Shown here: positions 18,695 to 27,077 of the stretch, piece by piece
Position numbering within the stretch: position 1 is the stretch's first letter
How the letters are laid out: every line of letters begins with the position of its first letter
From: Candidatus Thorarchaeota archaeon
GTDB lineage: Archaea; Asgardarchaeota; Thorarchaeia; Thorarchaeales; Thorarchaeaceae
Direction: 5' to 3'
NCBI GenBank assembly: GCA_048882325.1
Contig: JBHLRS010000014.1
Span: 1 to 64,000 of the forward strand
DNA: 64,000 bases
Notes under the pieces: model-generated
The model's database searches: none
What the model was told of the DNA's origin: nothing
Seen by the model: the letters and a program-made list of their open reading frames with translations, nothing else
Translations under genes and position numbers: made by a program

Positions 18695-20727
18695 TCAAGC
18701 TCACTCCCTGGAGTTACACCTTCATCGTCTAGAGGCATGTCACCCACAAGATCAGTTCCGATTGTGTCAGTCTCGGTTTCTTCTTGATCTTCCACCGTTT
18801 CAAATCCGGTTATTGAATCTCTCAACTTGCTTGCTATTGTTTCTGCATCAAAGAGTGGTTTTCTATGACCATCATTGACAATAGTCACAAGACTCTGTGC
18901 AAATTGATCAGCATACATTGCTAGAATTCCTGCACGCTTGGCCTTCCTTCGAGCAGTTTCGCGTCTTGTGATGAATCGTCTAAAACGTCGACCTGCATCT
19001 TCAAGGGCAAGCTTGATCTCTCTAAGAAGAACTTCATCCTCTGCTAGAGCCTGTTTACTTTGTCCTTTGAACATCACATGGACATAGGCACCTGCAACAT
19101 GGATGAACACCATAAGTGGACCTCGAGGGATCCCATTGTCAAAAGTAGTGACCTTGTAGTTTTTCCAGTTGACTGATGCGGTTGCTTTCCATGTCGCGCA
19201 ATCGCTATTATCACGAAGTTTCGGTACACGATTAACAAACCGCCATAGGACCATGGGTGCTGATGTTGCAGGCTTAATCTCTCCACCATAAGCAATACAA
19301 ACTTCTACTGCGAATGAGAGCCCTTTGCCTGAAGTAGGTTTTCTGGTAACTGCAGTAACAAAGTCTGGTTTATACGCCATCTGTATCGTTTGCTCAAAAA
19401 TCTCTTCTCCAACAGGAACAACCGTGTCAGTGGGTGGAGCGATGTAGTCTTCACTTGAGAATGCTCTATAGAGGAGTTCTACTTCAGTCTTAGATAGAGA
19501 ATCTGTTGGAGTGGTCATTTTGAGGTCGTCAAGATGTCTCCGTCGTAGGTCCTTACTTGCATTTGATACTATGGTCTTGGCCTTGTTGCTACTAAGTCTA
19601 CAGAAGGCTTTTGTCAAAAACCCACGGAGTTCAGATTCCCGAGTTTCACGGAGTAGATCTTGAAACTCACCAATTCTGATACTGGCTGGATGAGGTTGAG
19701 CATACTTTGGCTCTTCAGGAAATGCATTAACTCTTCGAGGATATATGTTAACTTGACCATAGGGGTCGATAAAAATGATGGTCACATGAGAGTTGAGAAG
19801 TGATGCCATCTCACAGTAGATATCTGCGTAACCTCGTCGATACTGGATATTGAGGTAATGTAGTTGAATATAGGTTCCATGGTGGAAGGGCAAATCCATA
19901 TCAATTGGACCACCAACATGGTCCTTTGTGTTGGCAGTAGTAGTATAGAAGTTTGTGACTGTCGCTGCATTTGCCGCGAATCTCTTTGATACCGTGAAGA
20001 TTGGTTTGCCAGTAGTGTTCTGTGCGTCGCTGAAGGCAGATGGTGCACCAAATCCTTGACTACCACGAGTCTGTCTCAGCTTCTCTGATTTACTAGATGC
20101 AAGATAGATACCATATTTCTCAAGGTCATCAGGAACCATACCAACCCCAGTATCGAAACAAGTGAATTCGTATACTTTGAAACCTTCCTCGTCATCGATA
20201 GGCACCAAATCAGGCATCTGAACTTCTTTCAATTCAATGACAACAAGTGGTTCCCTCTTAGTCAACAGAGATCGGAGTGGCATTAGGAACTTTCTGAATT
20301 CAGTTATTCGTTCATCAATTGATTCTTTTCGCCTCTGTGGTATCTCTACTTCCTTACCAGCTTTCACGTCCCGTTCAAGCTGTTTGCTAAGAGCGATGGT
20401 GTCAATTTGGCCTTCTTCGAGCTTTGCACGTACCTCTTCCACAACCTTCGGATCTACATGCTCCTGAAGTCTCGGTCGGCGTTTGGCTTTCCACCACCAA
20501 CTCTCTAGTGCGTCAATAGCATTGTCTAAAAACTCAATAGCGTACTGAGTGTGTTTATTGAGTCCAGTTTCAAATCCTACTAGCTGTGTCCTCTTTCTCA
20601 TAAACTTTGCAATAGTGCCTTGTTTGATGTCCCCTGCATCAGCTATCGGTGCGACTGGAGCACTCGGAGCTTTTGCCTTCTTTTTTGACTTGGGATTTTT
20701 TGATGGACTCAATGTAATACTCTCCAT
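18691..20727 (-). CDS. top6B: DNA topoisomerase VI subunit B
   Basis: GHKL motifs EFLDNAIDA, DTGVGM, QTRGSQGFG, GT; transducer RFVNRVP and SKQAL. Confidence 0.93.
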   Translation of the reverse strand: MESITLSPSKNPKSKKKAKAPSAPVAPIADAGDIKQGTIAKFMRKRTQLVGFETGLNKHTQYAIEFLDNAIDALESWWWKAKRRPRLQEHVDPKVVEEVRAKLEEGQIDTIALSKQLERDVKAGKEVEIPQRRKESIDERITEFRKFLMPLRSLLTKREPLVVIELKEVQMPDLVPIDDEEGFKVYEFTCFDTGVGMVPDDLEKYGIYLASSKSEKLRQTRGSQGFGAPSAFSDAQNTTGKPIFTVSKRFAANAATVTNFYTTTANTKDHVGGPIDMDLPFHHGTYIQLHYLNIQYRRGYADIYCEMASLLNSHVTIIFIDPYGQVNIYPRRVNAFPEEPKYAQPHPASIRIGEFQDLLRETRESELRGFLTKAFCRLSSNKAKTIVSNASKDLRRRHLDDLKMTTPTDSLSKTEVELLYRAFSSEDYIAPPTDTVVPVGEEIFEQTIQMAYKPDFVTAVTRKPTSGKGLSFAVEVCIAYGGEIKPATSAPMVLWRFVNRVPKLRDNSDCATWKATASVNWKNYKVTTFDNGIPRGPLMVFIHVAGAYVHVMFKGQSKQALAEDEVLLREIKLALEDAGRRFRRFITRRETARRKAKRAGILAMYADQFAQSLVTIVNDGHRKPLFDAETIASKLRDSITGFETVEDQEETETDTIGTDLVGDMPLDDEGVTPGSELE

Positions 20728-20969
20728 TGCATAGAAATTACTTGCATCCTGCTCGTTAGGACTAGTTTCCCTACGATATGGTATTCTGCGCTGAATAGAT
20801 GGATTTCTCTAATGGTATATTAATGATTTCTGTCACTAATCCCTTCAAAACGCCTCTTTCACTGGTTTTGTCTGTTTAGACCACTTTTGAACTCATATGC
20901 ATACTACTATTTCGTGACAAACAACCTTTTCCGTCAGAGAAACATCACAATAATGAGTAGATACTTCAT

Positions 20970-21725
20970 ATGAAACCGAAACCAATTATCGCTTTTGCAG
21001 TGCAAACAATTCCAATCGTCAAGTCTGGTGACAATCTAGCGGAAATGATAATTCAATCTTTCAATTCAGTAGGACAAGAGTTGTTAGATAAAGATGTCAT
21101 TGTAATAGCTTCAAAGATCGTATCAAAGGCTGAAAATAGAGTAGTTTTGGCGACTCAGGTAGAGGTTTCATCAGAAGCAAAGGGTATTGCAGAGATGAAC
21201 GGATTCGACCCAGTTCATGTTGAACTCGCACTTCGTGAATCTTCTGAGGTCATTAAAAATGACGGTGTGTTGATTACAGAAACACATTCTGGACTAGTCT
21301 GCAATTTCAGCGGAGTAGATAGATCAAATGCACCCGACGGAGAATATGTTCTACTTCCAGAAGACCCTGATAGATCAGCTAAGCTCATTCATGAATATCT
21401 TGTAAAGAAAACTGGTCGCAAGGTGGGTGTGATAGTTTCTGATACACAAGGGAGACCATGGAGAAAAGGTTCAATCAATATCGCAATTGGGTGTGCAGGT
21501 ATTGGTGCATTTAAGCATAACAAGGGGAAGAGAGACCTCTATGGAAGAATCCTACAACGGTCAACTGTGTGTCAGATTGATGAACTGGCATCCCTAGCGG
21601 AACCCCTGATGGGACAAGCTGGTCAAAGAATTCCAGTCGTGGTTGTAAGGGGCTATGAATACTCTGAAGGTTCGGAAAGAGCCAGTGACATTATTCGACC
21701 TAAGGAAGACGACATGTTCAGATGA
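20970..21725 (+). CDS. cofE: coenzyme F420-0:L-glutamate ligase
   Basis: ASKIVSKAE, SGVDRSN, LLPEDPDRSA, SDTQGRPWR, DELAS. Confidence 0.92.
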   Translation: MKPKPIIAFAVQTIPIVKSGDNLAEMIIQSFNSVGQELLDKDVIVIASKIVSKAENRVVLATQVEVSSEAKGIAEMNGFDPVHVELALRESSEVIKNDGVLITETHSGLVCNFSGVDRSNAPDGEYVLLPEDPDRSAKLIHEYLVKKTGRKVGVIVSDTQGRPWRKGSINIAIGCAGIGAFKHNKGKRDLYGRILQRSTVCQIDELASLAEPLMGQAGQRIPVVVVRGYEYSEGSERASDIIRPKEDDMFR

Positions 21726-21767
21726 ACAAGAAGAAAGAGAAGTTGAAGGGCTTGACACACCCTTCAA
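21726..21767 (-). terminator. hairpin followed by pyrimidine tract (minus strand) between convergent genes
   Basis: TTGAAGGG-N9-CCCTTCAA, then CTTCTCTTTCTTCTT on the minus strand. Confidence 0.55.
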
Positions 21768-21776
21768 TTCAATAGA

Positions 21777-22538
21777 CTATCCAACTTGATGTCCACAGTT
21801 ATTGCAGAATCTAGACCCTTGAGGATAAGGAGTTCCACAATTCCGACAGAATCCACCTTGTGTCCCACTTGGACCTCCAGCACCAGTAACTGTGACTGAA
21901 TCAGGTTGACCATCACCGTCTATGTCTTGGTATTGGATGGTCATGGAACCACGTCCTCCAGCAGGTGCCCCAGCACCGCCACCACTTCCGCCTTCAATGA
22001 CGCCACCACAGTTAGGGCAAGTGGGAACATTACCTGCATTGGTTCCACAGTAGGGACACTTGCCTTGCTGTTGTGCCGATGAAACGTTCGCAATAATGGA
22101 TGGAATCACCCTCTTCTGCTTGAACTTGAATTCCATTGCTCCACCAGATTTCAATTCGACTATTAGTTTGTCTCCACTCTGAGTTGCTTGACTGATAGCA
22201 AGTAGTGGTAGTGCTAGACTCTCTGTGTTTCCATTCTGGTCTCTGTTATAATATGAGTCAGCACCCCAGGATGAAATCGCAGTTCCGACAGCGGCGTAGG
22301 TTATACCTCTAGCAAGAGATCGTGTCACATGACGACCTATACCACCCATTTTCCGGCCAGCACCCTCGAGAAGTGCCGCACCAGCAACTGCTCCAGCAAT
22401 AGCGCCCCATTTCTTTAGTCCACCACTTCTTGATGGCTTCTTATACCAGACAAGACGGATATCGGTGAGCTCTAGGGATCCATCCTCTCCATCGAATTTC
22501 ACATCTTTCTCACGGACCATCTTTCGTTCATGGCTCAT
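21777..22538 (-). CDS. PH/GRAM-like domain protein with glycine-zipper insert and two zinc ribbons
   Basis: VKFDGEDGSLELTDIRLVW...LALPL; GAIAGAVAGAA; CPYC..CPNC; CRNC..CNNC. Start placed at MSHERK. Confidence 0.75.
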   Translation of the reverse strand: MSHERKMVREKDVKFDGEDGSLELTDIRLVWYKKPSRSGGLKKWGAIAGAVAGAALLEGAGRKMGGIGRHVTRSLARGITYAAVGTAISSWGADSYYNRDQNGNTESLALPLLAISQATQSGDKLIVELKSGGAMEFKFKQKRVIPSIIANVSSAQQQGKCPYCGTNAGNVPTCPNCGGVIEGGSGGGAGAPAGGRGSMTIQYQDIDGDGQPDSVTVTGAGGPSGTQGGFCRNCGTPYPQGSRFCNNCGHQVG

Positions 22539-22661
22539 AGTGTCCAGACCAGAGCCTGAATATGAAACGGTCAAAAACTGAGGTCTCTCTGACAATTGTA
22601 AGCACCGAGGTTCATTCAACAAGAGCTAGTATTAACTTTGTGCTGGCAGATAAATTGATGT

Positions 22662-22687
22662 GGAGGCTGTCATTCTAGACAGCCTCC
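22662..22687 (-). terminator. 10-bp hairpin directly after the MFS stop codon
   Basis: GGAGGCTGTC-ATTCTA-GACAGCCTCC. Confidence 0.6.
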
Positions 22688-22694
22688 TGAAAAT

Positions 22695-24257
22695 CTAGTC
22701 GTCTAATGCGATACCTTCCGCGATGCCTTCCATTCCTCCTGCTTCAGACTCCGGGAGGACATCATCACCTGGAATTTCAGAAGCAGCCTCTTCTGACTCA
22801 GGTTCTTTGGGAGGAAGCATAGCATCACCATTCAACCAAGCATCACTTTCAATCTCTGGAGCGGGATGTCTAAACCCGTGAATAATTAGCATGACGCCTA
22901 CGAAAGATATGACACCGCATGAGGCGAGGGTAAGTGGAAATCCAATGATGGTTATTAGCCAACCAAACAGAGCAATCTGGGGGATTGCGAACAATGTAGC
23001 AAGTGTTGGGAACAGTGAATACATAGAGTTTCTGATTCTGTTTGGGATGACATCGATCAAGACCCGCTGAGTCAGTATCTCAGCAAACCCGCCAAAGAAG
23101 CTCGTCGACACGAAAGTCGTGAATATCAGAACTATTGGCACAATGTTCTCAACAGGTAGAGTCAATAGCTGAATCGTTGTGAAGGGCCAGTAAAGCGTCA
23201 GGATGTTAGTGCTATCAGCAGCAGGAGGGAAGAAAGTCATTATAGCTGCGAACACCCAGAAGAAGATGAAACCACAAGTCTGCATAAGACGGAACCGTGG
23301 AATCCACTTCTTTGGCTCGAATCTACGGGACCAAACTCCGGATCGTTCCTGCGAGAAGATACCTGGAATGAAGAGTAGTGTTCTGAAGCTAGCAACCCCA
23401 ACATCAGTAATGAGATAGAGATAGTACATTGGGAACAGAATGAGGTTACCCCACACCATGATACTACTCACAGCCAACATTGTACCTATCGCGATATAAC
23501 GAACGAATGCATGTCTGAACAGATAAGACACTCCTCCCCTTAAGATAGAGAAGTACTCACCCATATCAGGACGTCCACCATTTTGTGCTCTTTGCTCTTC
23601 AACCTCTGGGAAATCGCGGACAAGTCTGAAGACCGCCATAGCAAATACAAAGGCTAGAATCCCCTGAACTTGAAATACCCAAGCTCTCGAGAATACTACT
23701 GCCAAGATTCCCCCAGGAATCAACGAGGCAGTCGAAACAATCTGCATGACCATACCCATTCTACCCCAAAAGACACCATACTGCTTCCTGTCATGGTCAC
23801 CTGGCATAGCTACTCTGTAGTTGTTATCAAACCAGGCGCCCCAAGCTCCGCTAGACTGTGACTGAGCAAAGCCCATCAGTGCGTAAACACCTATGAGATA
23901 GGGGAATGGCGTATCGACAGTAACAAATGAGATTAGTATGAAGACAATGCCAAAACAGATTTGAGCACCTGAGATGATATATCGCTGACCTATCCAGTCA
24001 CCAACTGCTCCGGTTGGGTAATCAAGCAGAATCTGTACAACCATCTGTACAACCACTAGAGTCCCAACAAGGCCCATACCCTGGAGATACATTCCTGGAC
24101 CCCCACCAAGTGCTTCAGCTACAAAGATCACGAAGAAAGTGGTTGATAGAGTAAATATGACATTGGCTAGTGGTCCCAAGATTCCCATTATTTTTGCCAG
24201 TCTGATGACCTTATCAGTGGCATCTGGCAAGCCGAGAAAGGATTTCATCCTACTCAT
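22695..24257 (-). CDS. MFS transporter
   Basis: About 12 TM helices; DYPTGAVGDWIGQR (motif A-like), SGAWGAWFD, IPNRIR; acidic tail. Confidence 0.9.
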   Translation of the reverse strand: MSRMKSFLGLPDATDKVIRLAKIMGILGPLANVIFTLSTTFFVIFVAEALGGGPGMYLQGMGLVGTLVVVQMVVQILLDYPTGAVGDWIGQRYIISGAQICFGIVFILISFVTVDTPFPYLIGVYALMGFAQSQSSGAWGAWFDNNYRVAMPGDHDRKQYGVFWGRMGMVMQIVSTASLIPGGILAVVFSRAWVFQVQGILAFVFAMAVFRLVRDFPEVEEQRAQNGGRPDMGEYFSILRGGVSYLFRHAFVRYIAIGTMLAVSSIMVWGNLILFPMYYLYLITDVGVASFRTLLFIPGIFSQERSGVWSRRFEPKKWIPRFRLMQTCGFIFFWVFAAIMTFFPPAADSTNILTLYWPFTTIQLLTLPVENIVPIVLIFTTFVSTSFFGGFAEILTQRVLIDVIPNRIRNSMYSLFPTLATLFAIPQIALFGWLITIIGFPLTLASCGVISFVGVMLIIHGFRHPAPEIESDAWLNGDAMLPPKEPESEEAASEIPGDDVLPESEAGGMEGIAEGIALDD

Positions 24258-24263
24258 GTTTTT

Positions 24264-24371
24264 TCAACACTCAGTTTTTAGATTGTGATCTCTGTAAGTT
24301 GCTGAAGTTGAAGCCCTCTGTAAGCGTGCATGTTTTGCAGCCTTGTTTGTGATTTCTGTTTCACGTTTCAT
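24264..24371 (-). CDS. putative 35-aa upstream peptide P4 (MKRETEITNKAAKHARLQRASTSATYRDHNLKTEC)
   Basis: ATG preceded by AGGAAG; stops 6 nt before the MFS ATG; weak similarity to P2. Confidence 0.4.
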   Translation of the reverse strand: MKRETEITNKAAKHARLQRASTSATYRDHNLKTEC

Positions 24372-24392
24372 GTCTATCAACTTCCTACGGAT

Positions 24393-24452
24393 TGCAACGG
24401 CCCTCGGATCACACGACGAGGGCCGCTGCAGAATCTCCAACTTAGGAGATTC
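24393..24452 (-). other. two abutting stem-loops in the leader of the P4/MFS unit
   Basis: Minus strand: GAATCTCC-N6-GGAGATTC, then TGCAGCGGCCCTCG-N10-CGAGGGCCGTTGCA (14 bp, fully paired with one G-U only on the minus strand). Confidence 0.7.
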
Positions 24453-24693
24453 GGAGATAGGAGATTTGTCTAGTGTAACTCTAATGTGAAATTGCATTGC
24501 TCTATTTGGACACGCCAAGACCGGCGTTACACAATGCTCCAAATGACTGGACACAAATCGTCTTGTCCCCACTGGCCAGGCAAGGCTGCTCCGTTGCGAG
24601 GTCTCCAGATAGTGTCATAGTCATCATCACGCTGTTTCTACCCCCAAACACAATATAGTTTGTGGGCCACACCATTTTCTATGAATGGTTTGG

Positions 24694-24710
24694 ATATAAA
24701 CATTTTTCTC
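24694..24710 (-). promoter_or_regulatory. putative BRE and TATA box
   Basis: Minus strand GAGAAAAA-TG-TTTATAT in an AT-rich stretch. Confidence 0.5.
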
Positions 24711-24802
24711 AACGCATTATTTTGTATCCCGCACTTAAAATCATAATTTTGTTTATATTTCAAACCAAAATTATACGGATTCGATGGGATACTCATTGAG
24801 AT

Positions 24803-24871
24803 CTACCTCCGAAAGTAGACAGCAGCTATTGCGTGGGTTGAGATCTTCTTTGCGTTGTTCTTCTTGACCAT
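24803..24871 (-). CDS. small cationic peptide P3 (MVKKNNAKKISTHAIAAVYFRR)
   Basis: Strong SD (AGGAGGT) inside the end of P2; shares THAI..Y.RR with P2. Confidence 0.65.
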   Translation of the reverse strand: MVKKNNAKKISTHAIAAVYFRR

Positions 24872-24876
24872 GCACC

Positions 24877-24972
24877 TTACCTCCTGTAGGTGTATGCATG
24901 TGTGATGGCATGTGTTTGAAGCACTCGTCTGTGCTTCAGCACAGTTCGGTTATCGTTCTTCGTTAGAGCCAT
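24877..24972 (-). CDS. small cationic peptide P2 (MALTKNDNRTVLKHRRVLQTHAITHAYTYRR)
   Basis: Paralogue of P1 with a near-identical start context, TTGTGAAAyATC-ATGGCTCTA. Confidence 0.7.
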   Translation of the reverse strand: MALTKNDNRTVLKHRRVLQTHAITHAYTYRR

Positions 24973-25016
24973 GATGTTTCACAACCTACTATAGGTTGGT
25001 CACATGATATGCTGTT

Positions 25017-25057
25017 TCTGAGACTATCTGACCAGTTCTGTGACCACTCTGTGACCA
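25017..25057. repeat. direct repeats with 10-11 bp period, TCTGTGACCA (2 perfect, 2 degenerate)
   Basis: Copies at 25017, 25027, 25037 and 25048; inverted copies at 24997 and 25288/25301. Confidence 0.6.
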
Positions 25058-25122
25058 GACCTTAGTCGTGTCGGGATCGGCAGAAATCAAACAGATTGTC
25101 AGATCAGCGCACATCACATCAA

Positions 25123-25230
25123 TCACCTAACGACGGTCATATACGCGTAAGTCAAGGCCTTGGTTGATAGTCCGCGACCTCTCTTGTCCTTCAGCACAGA
25201 TGTACCTCGTGAGTTAGTTGCTAGAGCCAT
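25123..25230 (-). CDS. small cationic peptide P1 (MALATNSRGTSVLKDKRGRGLSTKALTYAYMTVVR)
   Basis: TATA-like TATATATA at 25263-25270 upstream; paralogous to P2. Confidence 0.7.
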   Translation of the reverse strand: MALATNSRGTSVLKDKRGRGLSTKALTYAYMTVVR

Positions 25231-25395
25231 GATATTTCACAAGAAATACCACTCAGATTTAGTATATATAGCGGAGCCACTTCTTAGGGTCACAGAAGGG
25301 AGTCACATATTGTTACTACCATGTACCGCATAGACAAGCATATCAAGGTCAATCTTGGGCAAAAACACAACAAGTCGTGGAAATGTGATTCCAAA

Positions 25396-26022
25396 ATGGC
25401 TCCTGACGAACAAACCCGGCAACTAATTGATCATTTCTCTGAGGCCACTCTTCAAGAACTGAAAAGACAGTTTGGTGACAAAGGCGCATCGATGCACAAG
25501 CTCTTCACACGCCAATTCAAAATCCATTACAACAACTATGAAGCAATGCTGCCAAATCCCCTCGCAAAAAGACACGGCGTGAACTCTCTCTTTGTTATGG
25601 CAGTTGACGACGTGATGTGCGAGGTTAGAGCATCATTCTCTGAACTCAAACAAACCGTTCTTTCGATTTACAAAGCCATGCTCTCAGATTACTTCAAAGA
25701 AGAAGTTGCGAAGCTTGAGAAGCAAGATGACCCTTGGAGTGCTTTTGTCGGATGGGCGAGAAAAGGGAATGAGGTCAACTACAACAATGAGTACTTCCAG
25801 ATTGTCGAGGTTGATCAGGAACCTGGATGTTATGGGTTTGATATTCAGAAATGTCTCTACTTCCATATCCTAAGGGAGGCTGGCAAACCTGAGCTTGGAC
25901 CTATCATCTGCGAATACGATAGCTTGCTAGCTGCTGCAATTGAATCTTGGATAAGTTTCACCCTTCATGAAACTATAGCGACAGGAGATGAGAGGTGCAC
26001 ATTCCGGTATTGCAAGCAATAA
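25396..26022 (+). CDS. L-2-amino-thiazoline-4-carboxylic acid hydrolase-like (ATC hydrolase / V4R-like) family protein
   Basis: FDIQKCLY...GKPELGPIICEYD...TIATGDERCTFRY pattern. Start placed at MAPDEQ. Confidence 0.75.
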   Translation: MAPDEQTRQLIDHFSEATLQELKRQFGDKGASMHKLFTRQFKIHYNNYEAMLPNPLAKRHGVNSLFVMAVDDVMCEVRASFSELKQTVLSIYKAMLSDYFKEEVAKLEKQDDPWSAFVGWARKGNEVNYNNEYFQIVEVDQEPGCYGFDIQKCLYFHILREAGKPELGPIICEYDSLLAAAIESWISFTLHETIATGDERCTFRYCKQ

Positions 26023-26115
26023 TTCTACACGTCTATAAACCAGCCTGACAGTCAGACATATTTAGAGGCAGTAACGAGCCAAGAGTATACTCTAGAGATA
26101 CACTAGAGGTGGATT

Positions 26116-27000
26116 ATGATGGAGATCAAGAAAATTGCAGTCCTGGGTGCAGGTCTTATGGGTAATGGCATCGCTCATGTCTGTGCTCAGGCGGGTTATA
26201 AGGTAAAGATGCGGGACATTGAACAGAAGTTTGTTGATCATGGTCTTGCTACTATAAAGAAGAATCTAGAGAGAGGAATAAAGAAAGGAAAAATCACACA
26301 GGAAGAGGTCGATGAGGTCCTTGGCAGAATAGAAGGAGTTTTAGATCTGAAGGAAGCTGTCAAGGATGCAGACCTTGTTATAGAGGCGATTCCAGAGATT
26401 GTCAAACTAAAGCTTGACAATTGGAAGGAAGTTGAGGAAGCAGCACCGGAACATGCGGTTTTTGCATCTAATACTTCAAGTATTAGCATAACACAGATGG
26501 CTGCAGTGACGAAGAGACCCCAGAAATTTATCGGGATGCATTTCTTCAATCCTGTCCCGATCATGGGATTAGTGGAGATCATAAAGGGACAAGCCACCGA
26601 TGATGAAACTGTGCAAGTAATAGAGGATGTTTCCAAGAAGGTAGGCAAGGAAACTGTCCTTGTCAACGAGGCTCCGGGTTTCGCAGTCAATCGCATTCTG
26701 GTTCCAGCCTTGCTTGAGGCAGTGTTTGCAATTCAGGAAGGAGTCGCCACTGTTGAAGATATGGACACATCAATCCGACTTGGACTAAATTGGCCAATGG
26801 GTCCATTGACTCTACTAGACTTTGTGGGTCTTGATACTACGCTCCACATTTCAGATTACTTTGTTGAAGAGTTCAAAGACAGCAAGTATAGAGCACCTAC
26901 ACTGCTTCGAAAGATGGTTCGTGCTGGGTGGTTGGGAAGGAAATCGGGGATGGGTTTCTACGATTACTCAGGAGATAAACCAAAACCAAATAGATTCTGA
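26116..27000 (+). CDS. hbd: 3-hydroxybutyryl-CoA / 3-hydroxyacyl-CoA dehydrogenase
   Basis: GAGLMGNGIA, ASNTSS, GMHFFNP, PMGPL, GRKSGMGFY. Confidence 0.93.
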   Translation: MMEIKKIAVLGAGLMGNGIAHVCAQAGYKVKMRDIEQKFVDHGLATIKKNLERGIKKGKITQEEVDEVLGRIEGVLDLKEAVKDADLVIEAIPEIVKLKLDNWKEVEEAAPEHAVFASNTSSISITQMAAVTKRPQKFIGMHFFNPVPIMGLVEIIKGQATDDETVQVIEDVSKKVGKETVLVNEAPGFAVNRILVPALLEAVFAIQEGVATVEDMDTSIRLGLNWPMGPLTLLDFVGLDTTLHISDYFVEEFKDSKYRAPTLLRKMVRAGWLGRKSGMGFYDYSGDKPKPNRF

Positions 27001-27011
27001 TCATTCTTTGA

Positions 27012-27047
27012 GACTGGTCCATACAGGATCAGTCGTTTTTCTCTTTT
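27012..27047 (+). terminator. hairpin plus T-tract terminator
   Basis: GACTGGTCC-ATACA-GGATCAGTC-GTTTTTCTCTTTT. Confidence 0.65.
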
Positions 27048-27077
27048 GTATGGACAAGATAAATAGCCAATGTTATC

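Noticed and set aside
24393-24452. Hairpins as a SECIS element
   Set aside because: No AUGA/GA core, and no adjacent ORF with a credible in-frame UGA.
24264-24572. 102-aa ORF from the track treated as one protein
   Set aside because: Its 5' part runs through strong hairpins and has no good start context. Only the last 35 codons (P4) are plausible.
24638-24796. 52-aa ORF after P3 (and the 41-aa ORF after P1) as family members
   Set aside because: No similarity to P1-P3, and they overlap the putative promoter or repeat region. Kept only as possible coupled ORFs.
24964-25242. Duplicated TAGAGCCATGAT.TTTCACAA as a CRISPR repeat or attachment site
   Set aside because: Only two copies, 258 bp apart, and each contains a peptide start codon. 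No cas or integrase genes are nearby.
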